Source of the DNA: Monocercomonoides exilis PA203
Taxonomy: Eukaryota; Protista; Preaxostyla
Assembly: GCA_001643675.2 (NCBI GenBank)
Contig: LSRY02000010.1
Coordinates: 992,001-1,056,000, forward strand
Reading direction: 5' to 3'
Length of the DNA: 64,000 nucleotides
Under the pieces are notes generated by a model that did no database searches, had not been told where the DNA came from, and saw only the letters and a list, made by a program, of their open reading frames with translations. The position numbers were made by a program, and so were the translations under genes. How positions within the stretch are numbered: the stretch's first letter is position 1; each line of letters starts with the position of its first letter. Shown piece after piece: positions 11,575 to 21,800 of this stretch.

Positions 11575-13756
11575 CTACGACATTGTCACTATTCTCTTTG
11601 AAGAATCAGAGAGAACAGAAACAATTTCTTTGGAAGTAGCTGCTCTTCCAACTCTAACTTTTTCTTTCAATTTCAGTGTAACTAGGCAAGTAATGCATGA
11701 CCAAATTGTCACTCCCATTCTTTCCAAATCTCTCAGAATATTAACCGTTTCATTTGTAATTGTTGTCATTTCAACGGAATCGCCCATAAATATAATCTTT
11801 CCTGGGATGACAGGAGAAGATGCAAGCGTCTGTAGCAACCCCCTCGCCAGGAGTTTGCCAAGAGTATCGTCGCCGAGAGTGACAACAGAGTTCTTGTAGA
11901 ACCACACAAGAGACATATCCAAAGTTGGAGGCTGCGGAGCTGTTTGAACAAACTCCGCTTTTGACGATGGTGCTGAAGATGACGATGATGATGCATCAGC
12001 TGATGGCTTCGAAGATGAAGAGGCAGACTGAGGAGGATTCAGTGTGACGGGAGCAACCTGCACCGAATGAGGAAAGCCTGGCCCCAAATTACAATCTGAC
12101 ATCTGAACAAGCGCATTCGCAATTTCTTCGCCAGTCTGCATCGCCATAATTTTGCTTGCCTCTTCTTCGTTCTGAACCACAAGAATAGCTCCTTCTGCTT
12201 CTTGGGATGGGGATCTCTGCTGCATCCACTGCGAAACAGCCGCGTTGCGTGCTGGGTCTGCCTCTTCGACCCTTCCGATGATCTTCACAGACTCCTTCAG
12301 CATACCTTCGGGCAGTCGCTCCTGGATCTTCTGGGCAATGGCGCTGACTTCTTCTATCGTGCCTTCGACAGCCATCAGCAGTCCGCCAGACGTCTGCGCG
12401 TCGAAAACAAGTAGGCGCTGGGGCTCCTGAATGGGCTGCGAAAAGAGGGTGGACGCAGACGCGAAGGAGACGTTGTTGAACGACGACGTCGAGTAAACGC
12501 TCAACCCGCGCTGCTGCAGAAGCTTCACGACTCCTGGGAGTAGCGGAAGTTGGTTGGCATAGATCTAATTATTTCATATAAATATGAAATATTAAATATG
12601 TTGTTGCATTTATTTTTTTTCGCCAGAAAATAAATTGATTAGAAAAGGGAATACGCGTGTCAAAAGTTTTGTAAAGAAAGGTAATGAGGAAATTGAAAGA
12701 AACAATTTATTAAAAACTTCGTTAAAACTCTATAAATAAAAGAAGCATACAGTTGCAACAAGGTTATTTGTTTCTTTTTCTCCTTTACGGATCATCTTTT
12801 TCAGATGGCCTGCCAACCCAAAGCCTGTTACGTCTGTCATTGCGTGAATTTTCGATCGAATATGATCGTCTCCTGTAACAACTTCACATGCAATTCGATT
12901 CAGTGCTGTCATCGATTCAATTGCAGCTTTGGACGTTTCTTCAGGACAAACTTGTTCGCCTCTTTTCATGGCAGATGTTGCAATTCCAGTTCCCAATGGC
13001 TTTGTTAGCAGGAGCCAATCACCAGCTTTGACACCAACATTTCGGATAAATTTTTGTGGATGCACAACACCTGTTACCGCAAGACCGAAGCTTTGTAAAA
13101 TTTGAGTCAAATTTTTTAAATAAATATATATGTTGTAAATAATGAAATATTTATAAGAAATAAACAAACATTGGTTCGCTGACATCAATTGTGTGCCCTC
13201 CTCCAATTATTATTCCAGATTCTGAGGCTTTTGTTCTTGCACCTTTAAAAATAGCCTTGAGTGTGTCCGCAGGAAGTTTCCCTGTTGGAAATCCAACAAT
13301 AGACAGTGCAGTAATTGGTTTTCCTCCCATTGCATAGACGTCACTTAATGCGTTTGCAGCAGCAATTTTTCCGTAAGTCTCAGCATCATCAACAATGGGA
13401 GGGAAAAAATCCGTGGTATTAATTATAGCATTATCGTCATCCAGTTTATATACGCTTGCATCATCTCCTGTTTCAATTCCAACAAGAAGAGACGAGTCAG
13501 TCGATTCTTGCTGCGAAGATGGAATTAATGATTCAAGAAGCTCTGCTCTAAATTTTCAAAAGAATAATTTGCGATTAAACATATATGTGAACCTAACAAA
13601 CTTTACTTTGCATGCACATCCCAAGCCTGAAGCATATTGAGTTAATTTGACTTCACCAGGAAGCGGAAGTTTTGGTGTTCCAGAAGATAAAGCACTTGAA
13701 AAACTTGAAGCACTTGAATTTGAATTTGAGATGGTTCTTGGTACAAAACAAGTCAT
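11575..13756 (-). CDS. selD: Selenophosphate synthetase (selenide, water dikinase) fused to a C-terminal YedF/DsrE-like domain; exons 13756-13602, 13547-13170, 13090-12751, 12564-11575 (620 aa)
   Basis: Spliced product reads LTQYASGLGCACK, GDDASVY, TTDFFPPIVDD, AANALSDVYAMGG, GGGHTID..EPIFGLAVTG, LTKPLGTG, TDVTGFGLAGHL, DAQTSGGLL. The C-terminus has LGDDTLGKLL..PGKIIFM..LERMGVTIWSCITC. Three GT..AG introns give a 1863-nt open frame. Confidence 0.93.
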
Positions 13757-14010
13757 TTCAATTCAATAAGGAAAAAGAAACAATGCACTTTAAACACAAA
13801 TTTCGAAATTATCCCATTGACAAATGGAAAACTCGAATGTAAATATGGGAAAGAAATTTTGAATATGATTTTTTAATGATCAGTTTTAACTATTTATATA
13901 TAATGAAAAACAAGCTATTTTTATCAAAATTTTTTGTGTTGTCTCTGCAAATAAAATCTTCAGAAACTTTTATAAATGTTATTGTGATTTTTTTTTTCTT
14001 CACATATCGA

Positions 14011-14260
14011 TATGTGTGTAATTCTTTTTGAAAAGTCGCAACTGTTTAATTTTCAAATAAAACAAAATTTTCATATTTTGCTCAAATTTCTGTCACCGCT
14101 CATGAATCTTCTCATGAATGTTTGAATTATCATTATCAAGATATTGATTCCATGTTTGTGAAGATTTGTGTATGAAAACAGAAATTTGAGCAAAATATGA
14201 ATATTTCGATTTCTTTGAAAATTAAACATTTAAAACTTTTCAAAAAGAATGACTCATATA
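14011..14260. mobile_element. Fold-back palindromic element (MITE-like), arms ~110 bp
   Basis: attctttttgaaaagt (14021-14036) pairs with acttttcaaaaagaat (14235-14250); ttcatattttgctcaaatttctgt pairs with acagaaatttgagcaaaatatgaa; right end abuts a (TA)n run. Confidence 0.65.
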
Positions 14261-14616
14261 TATATATATATATATATATTTTTAAATTGAATTAAGATAA
14301 CTATTAATATCTTGGAATTATTATACATGGAGTATTTGATAATATAAGAATCAATAAATTCATAAAACCGCGAAGGAATTGAAACATGCTTTTTGTGTTC
14401 TATAATCAAAGATTATTATTTTGATGATTATTTTTTTATATCATGACTTTTTTCGTTGAGTTGATCATTGTTTGGTCTTTCATTATTAGCCTCATAATAA
14501 TCATCCAAATGTTGAATGCATCATAGAAATATAAAAAGCAAAAGTTTTATTGAAAAAAAAAACAGCAGAGATATCATTTAGGAGATCTTTCACTTTTCAG
14601 TATTAGTTGACATATA

Positions 14617-14883
14617 GGGCAAGATATTTCACTTTAGGCTTTCTCATTGAAAAATTATGCACTTTTCATTGACTTTTTAAAAACAAAAAACTTTATAAAA
14701 ATTGGTCGATTTTCTGAAATTATTGAAATGTGACATCACTTTTTGTTCAGATTTCAACGATGCATGTTTACGGATATGAAAATCAAATTTTCTTTGAAAT
14801 CAAAGAAAGCGAAATGAAGTTATGAGTGAAGCAATTTTTCTTTGCCTTGTGCAAATAAAGCTTGAAAGTCCGTATTTTCCCCC
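14617..14883. mobile_element. ~267-bp dispersed repeat with imperfect inverted termini (putative MITE), copy 1
   Basis: Reverse-complement match to 38194-38461 (aagcttgaaagtccgtattttccccc; tgcacttttcatt; gggcaa.atattt); flanked by TA-rich sequence. Confidence 0.65.
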
Positions 14884-15027
14884 ATATATATATTTGTAAT
14901 TTCAAAAACTCACCTTAATAACAATGGAGATGAATGAGAATAAGTTATTCATTATAGATAAGGAGACAAAGAAAGAAAGAAAGAATTTGATTGATAAATT
15001 GATGGAGAAAGATAGAGATAGAGAAAC

Positions 15028-15090
<63 letters not shown>

Positions 15091-15095
15091 CAGAC

Positions 15096-15182
<87 letters not shown>

Positions 15183-15192
15183 CAGATAGATA
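15028..15192 (+). repeat. (GATA)n microsatellite with a few GACA units
   Basis: Directly visible tandem array. Confidence 0.97.
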
Positions 15193-15827
15193 GAGAGATA
15201 GAATAAAAGTGAGAAAGAAAACACAAATTTCTTATTAATTATAAATATTAATTGCTGTTCAAAGATAATCATTTCAAATTGTTCTTGCATGTCGTTGGTG
15301 AAAATTCAACATTCTTTGAGTTATTGCTTGGGCTGAATTTGGAAATTACAAGATTTAAAAGTTTTTTGAAATTTTTTTTACAAGCATTATTATTTCATAA
15401 AATCGGTTTTAAAAGAAAATAGAAAAAACTCTATCAAGGAAAGAGAATGAAAAAAACTTGTCACAAAAAATTGCCTTCCTTCTTATCTCCCATCATTTGT
15501 TCTCAACCAAGTTGATGATGATCGAGAACAAGCTACAATGAAGCATTTCATTTCATTCGTTTTTCGTTTTGAAAAGTTCATTTTGATAAATACCATCAGC
15601 CATGTTCAGTTCTTCAACACTCAGAATATAGCACAATGAATAATTCACATTTGCAAACACAATAAATTTCACAGCCCGCATTTCTTCTTTCAAAACATAT
15701 GCACGAGACGGCATGACCGTTCAAAGTTATTGAGCAAATCTCTTTTCTCCAATTTTCCCCAAATAACCCGTTATGATCTGGCAACAATTTATCTTTGGGC
15801 TTCAGCCTTTTTTTAATAAAACAATCT

Positions 15828-18800
15828 TCAACAAAAGCTCATTTTTGAAGAGGATTCGTTGGCCTCCTGAGTTCTTGGGTCATTCATATCAACAGCATCG
15901 GACATTGTGAGCATTGCAGCTTCTGGTGGAAATATTTTGATCAGCTCTCTTTTGACCTCCACAAGGCTTGGCCGATCCGATGGATTGTGCGACACACATC
16001 GATGAATCACCCCAAAAAGCTTTGATGAGTTAATTACTTCAAGATTTTGCCTCTCACCATTCACAATCTTCTGTCCTGCTATTCCTGCCTCATACTCTCC
16101 AAACGGGATTTGAAGGGTCAGACACTCCCACAGCATCATCCCAATCGAAAATGCAACTGACTCCTTTGTCGCTCCCATGTTCTTGTTCATCAACAGTTCT
16201 GGCGCCTTCCACCTCAGGCACTCTTTTTTAAAGGCATCTTCATCCTCAAATGCAGATGATGGCAGAGAGTCACTATCATCATCATCATCACTGGCAGATG
16301 TGACAACAGTTGATGATGAGATGGATGATGAATCAGAATCATCTGATAAAAGGTCTGAGTGAATCACGATGCAGATCACCATGTGCTCAGAGAACAATAC
16401 AATGTGAGGACTCAGATTGGCCAATGACTGAAGCTTGTTTTCCATCTCATCAAAGGAGTGGAGAGCAAGGTTGGCCACCCAGAACAAGATTTGGGCAGCT
16501 GTCATCTCCCTCTCCTTCAAAGAGCCGATTGCCATCTCTTTCTTCTCGTTCCTTCCATGAAGAAGCATGAACAGCGAATCCCTCAAATCCACAATCAGTT
16601 TCTCATGAGGAGATGAACAGGCCATTGCATCCACCAGATTCGACATCGATGAAGTGGTCGGACAAAGACTTTCTGTTCGAACAAATGTGGTATCTGTGTC
16701 TGAAGTGTCTGTTGTTGAAGTTGATGAAATAGATGGAGATGGCGTTCTCTTCCTTATCTCTTCTTCTTTCTCATCCACCTTCTCCAGCATCCATTCTGGG
16801 ATCTTGTCTGAATCCTTTCCCAATATATATTCAGTGGAGCCACTCTCGCTCAAAAGATACTCTTCAGATTCTGAATGCGCCAAACTTTTCTCACATACTT
16901 TTTTCTTTATCCTCTCACCATTCTTCTTCTCTGCCTCCCTCTCAGCCCTTCTCCACTGTGCCTCAGGTGACATCTCCATCGTCACCATCTCAAATGCCTT
17001 TGGATCCTTCTTAACAGTATCTTCAACAATCTCTTTATATTTTTTTGTTTCATTCTTTGCTTTTTTCCAACGAACAGCAAGAATAATTGAAATAATCAAA
17101 ACAATTATAAACAACAACACAAATACAACAATTATAATCATTGCCCATGAAGATATATTTCCATTCGAATTTCCTCCTTCAGTTTTTCTTTCATCTCCAT
17201 TTGACTTTGCTTCACTCCTGTTCTTCAGAATGAATGACTGAGTAGATGAAGGAGCATTTGAATTCCCAAACATAACAGAAACGCTCACCTCAACATCATC
17301 TCCACAACTGCTGATCAGATCTTTTCCCACGCTCCCCTCGACTTCTGTTTCCGATAAGAATCCATTTCCATCAAAACTATGTTTTTCAATCTCTTTCTCT
17401 TCTCCCTTCTTCTTCACAACTGAGAATGACAGATTGCATGGAACAAGAAGAAATCCTTTGAATGTCAGCTTCATTCTATCTGTCTCTTCTTTTGCTTCCA
17501 CGCTCCCCAGAGCAGGAATGAAGAAAGGAGATGATCTTTCTTCTGCTATCCCTCCTAGTTTGCATCCTTCATTTAACATCCAAAGTGATGTCTTTGGCAA
17601 AACTCCATCTCCTCCTTTCAAACTCTTCACATTCAATGTTCCTGAATCTGAACAGATGATATTCCTTCTCAATGATGGATATCCTTCAATTAATGGATTA
17701 TTGTTCTCAAATAACCCCATCTCAATTGAAACGCTTCCTTCACTTATTGTTATTCCTCCTTCTGGTGAATTTGTGATTGTTGCATCTTTCATCTCCAGAA
17801 ACCCATTATTCACATCAACAAGCGATCCATTCCATTTGCACACATCATCATTTGCTGAATTCTTTTTACTCCGAAACTCATCATCAAACCCAGTCAGTTC
17901 ACATGTTTGCAAAGACAGAGATGACCCAGTGGATATTTTAACCAAGGTCCCTTTCTTTGAAGGTGTGAAACATCTTTCAAATGAACAATTCAACATTTGG
18001 CTTCTTGTTTTTTCACAGGCTGACTCAACCATACAGGAATTGATGCTGTTGTTGCTGGTGATGTTTGAGAATGATGAAATGCCCATCTGCAGAACAACCC
18101 TTTCTCCAACATCTTTCTCATTTGAAAGTTGATTCTTCTCTTTTATCAGAGAAATGAAGCTTCCCCCATTCAGCAGAATATCTGATGCTGTCAGTTGAGT
18201 GATATTCACTGATGAACCTGATTCAACAATAATTGAATTTTCAGTAGTTTTTATCTTTGATACCTTGATCTGATTTATTGTTGCAATCGTTCCGCTTCTG
18301 AAGAAAAATAACTGATGTGTCGCGCTTATCACATTTATTGAGCCCTTCACTATCTCAAATGAGCCACCTTCAATCACAAAAAGGCTTGAATTGAGTATGA
18401 ACTCAATTGATGAAGATTGCATGATACAATTTTCAAATGTCAATGAACCATTCAATTGCTTCATAATTGCTGTGTGCTCAGCTAAGAAATGCTCGCCAAA
18501 TGAAAACAAACAACTTTCAACCAAACATTCATTTTCAAACATTATTATCCAAGATCCGTCAAATTTCTTTTCAATCAATGAATTGAAATGAATTATTGAT
18601 TGCTGTTTGGTGATTGACTTCAGCGTGAGATTGCTAATGACTGTCGGTTCAACAACCACTGTCGACGAATCAATACAGATTGCATTGAACAGCCCAATTT
18701 GCACATGCCTCACTCCGTGTGACACACTTCTGCATGGATTGTCCTGCTTCCCACACTGGTTGCTGTCTTCAAACTCTATCGACACAAACACCTGCGGAAT

Positions 18801-21800
18801 GTACAGAAATGTGATCAGCGGGATGAGATCAATGTCCGTCAATGTTAAGTCGCTTCCACAAATCGATGTGTTCATACGAAGAGATGGTTGCGAAAAGTCA
18901 AGAGCAAAAAGTGTTTCATTGATCTGCTTATCGATCGAATAGCAGTTAATAAACATATCCTTCCCCATGAATGCACTGTTCATCATGAATTGAACACCCG
19001 CGATGTGAAGAAGAAGCGGGCTTGAAGGGGTTTGAAAAGGAGCATCTGGGTCACAAAAGTCCAGCATCATTCCGCCTCCTCTCCCTGTGCTCTCAGAACA
19101 TGTGCACAACACAAATGTGCAATTTTTCACTTCCAGATTCGATTCCTCATTCTTCATATGCATCATCAGTCCTCCTCCTCTGTTGCTTTGCCGACTGAGA
19201 CAGTTCCAGAATGTGCAATTCTCCATTTCACAATCCAATCCAGTAAACTCTTTCACACCCAAAAACACTGATCCTTCCTCAGTTCTCGACACATTCTCGA
19301 CTGTGACAGATGACAAGTTCATTGATGGACGATTCACAGGTTTGCTGTTGGAGATTCTGATCAAGTTATTTGGCTGGTGTTCAGAAGGGAAAACTGATAT
19401 GAAGCAATCAGAAGAAACAGACGAATTTGTGAATGATGTGTTGTGCATGTGCACAGAATGGAAATTGGCAGATAGCCGCAGAAATGGGTTTGCAAGAGAC
19501 AAAGTCACAACGGTACAGTGTTCCAGGGAGACATCTCCCTCCACGATGTCGAGCGCACACAAGGAAGAAGATGACGAGGTGTCAGATGGAATGAATTTGC
19601 AAAGAGAGAAAGACACTGAATGGATAGAGTGGACGAACGATTTGTAGAACTCAAATCTGCTCGGAAGATTGATCAAAATGTTCGAAAAGAAAGCATTCAC
19701 CGAGTTGGAGATCAGCGAGCCATCATCTGAGAAAGCTCCATCATCAGAAACGAACAAGTGCACAGCCTCATCACCTCCTTCTATTGAAATCAAAGGCTGA
19801 TTCTCATCGGACGGTTTTGAAGGCAACAAAGAAACTGAATGTTTGAGAGAAGCTGATCCTTCCACTTTGATGATCGATTTCTCCAAAGCAACTGGAGAAA
19901 ATCGCATTTTGATAATGTGATCAATCGACGAACATGGCACTTCTGAAAATCCACATCCACTGAAGTCTCTTCCTCCCTCTTTCGAAATAAATCCATTCCC
20001 ACTCCAATTTGACCACAAATACACTACCAACGGAATCACATATTCTTCTCCCGTTGTCATCCCTTCCCATCCACACAACTCATCCAACGATCCCAGTTCC
20101 TCTGCACTCATCCCCCATTTGAAATGATCCTTGCTCGCAATCTCACTTAGATCCCATCCTGAGACAAATATGTTCTTCCCCTTCCAAGCATTGCATTTCT
20201 CAAATATCATCTCTTCTAGTACTAATTTATCTATTTCATCTGGCAGCACTACAAACATTCCTCCTCCTAATCCTTTACCTCCATCCTCAACATCCCCTGA
20301 TGGAACTTCACATTCAGAAAAATTCACATTTTTCATCTCCAAGCTTCCTCCACCTCCAACTGATATCATCAGCCCTCCCCCTCTGAGTCCTTCTTCGTTT
20401 TTGCACTTTGATGATATGTTCGTGTTCTTGATCGAAATGGAACCTCCACCATTGATTTCTACTTTCATGCATCCTCCACTCCCTCCCTCATTTGCAATCT
20501 CTGTCAATGTGCATCCCTCAACTGTCACTCGTGATGCTCCGTTCACGTTGATTGGTGTAAGTGCTGTGAAAGTGACATCCTTAGAAACAACCAACCCTGT
20601 GAGCTCCAATTCACCTCCGCTCACATGAATCAATGAAAATACCACAGAGTTCGCAAGATTATCAGCCGAAAATACAATCGAAACATTGCTCAAAGAGAGA
20701 AAGATTGTTGACTGAATAATCGAAGATATTGAGGAAGGAAGAATACAAGGAAGAACAAAAGAGAGAAAAGACAGAGAAAAGCTGCCAATGCATTGAATGA
20801 TATTGTTGCAGTCAGAAGAGATATTGTCAGTCAAGGCAACATTCACAGAGGGATATTGACTCGAAGATGATGCCAAAGAAGAAGAAATTGATATTTGGGA
20901 TGTTGGCAACGAAGGCACCACAAACGGATTCTTGATCAATACTGACGACATCACTTCCATTGCATTTACAGACTCATTCACTCTCTCACGTATGCAGAAA
21001 TCGATTGTTGAACAACAAAAAGCCGAATGTCCACAATGCGAATGATCAAAACCATTCCCCTTTATGAATATGGGGGATCTCAAGTCACATAGATATACGT
21101 GCAACGGAATCGCAGGCATAACTTTCCCATTCTCGCATCCAGATAATTCATCTCCAAAATTTATGCAATTATCATTTTTTATGAATCTGATTGATGATCT
21201 GTCAATCTTCTCTTTCAACAAAATTCTACTTTCACAGAAGATAAAAATATCTCTTCCATAAGAAGCTTTATTTAGGTTCTCAACTGAAAACGTAACATTT
21301 TCACATATTGTGAATTTTGATTCAATGGAGTCAACATCAATGTACAATCCTCCTCCTCTTCCTTTTCCAATAGGATTTCCTGCATAGCATCCTTCAAATT
21401 TTGATGTTCCATTCACTATTAATTCTCCACGAGAAATCATTCCTCCTCCACTGTTTTCCACTGATATATTTTCAAAATGACAGTTTTCAATAACAACTCT
21501 TCCCGAGGATGCATTGCGCCACTCAATTACACCTCCATTTCCAGACATCCTTTGAATCAGCGAAAAGTTTGTGTTAACCACATATAAAACTGAACTTAAC
21601 TGATTGTCATTACATGAAATGAAACTGTCCGACAAGAAATTCATGCTTGTTATCCCGACTCCTGATAATTGCACACTCCCTCCACGTACATTTATAAAAG
21701 ATGCTTCAAGCTGTAATGAACTTTCAATTGATGATATTTCACATTCTTCCATTGTCAATGATCCATCTCCATCCATCACCACAAATGGCATGCTTGCACT

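Noticed and set aside
13602-13640. Selenocysteine (UGA) in SelD and a SECIS element
   Set aside because: The active-site codon is TGT, the spliced frame has no in-frame TGA, and the 3' region is short and AT-rich with no convincing SECIS
14945-15290. ORFs encoding (IYLS)n
   Set aside because: Translation artefacts of the (GATA)n microsatellite
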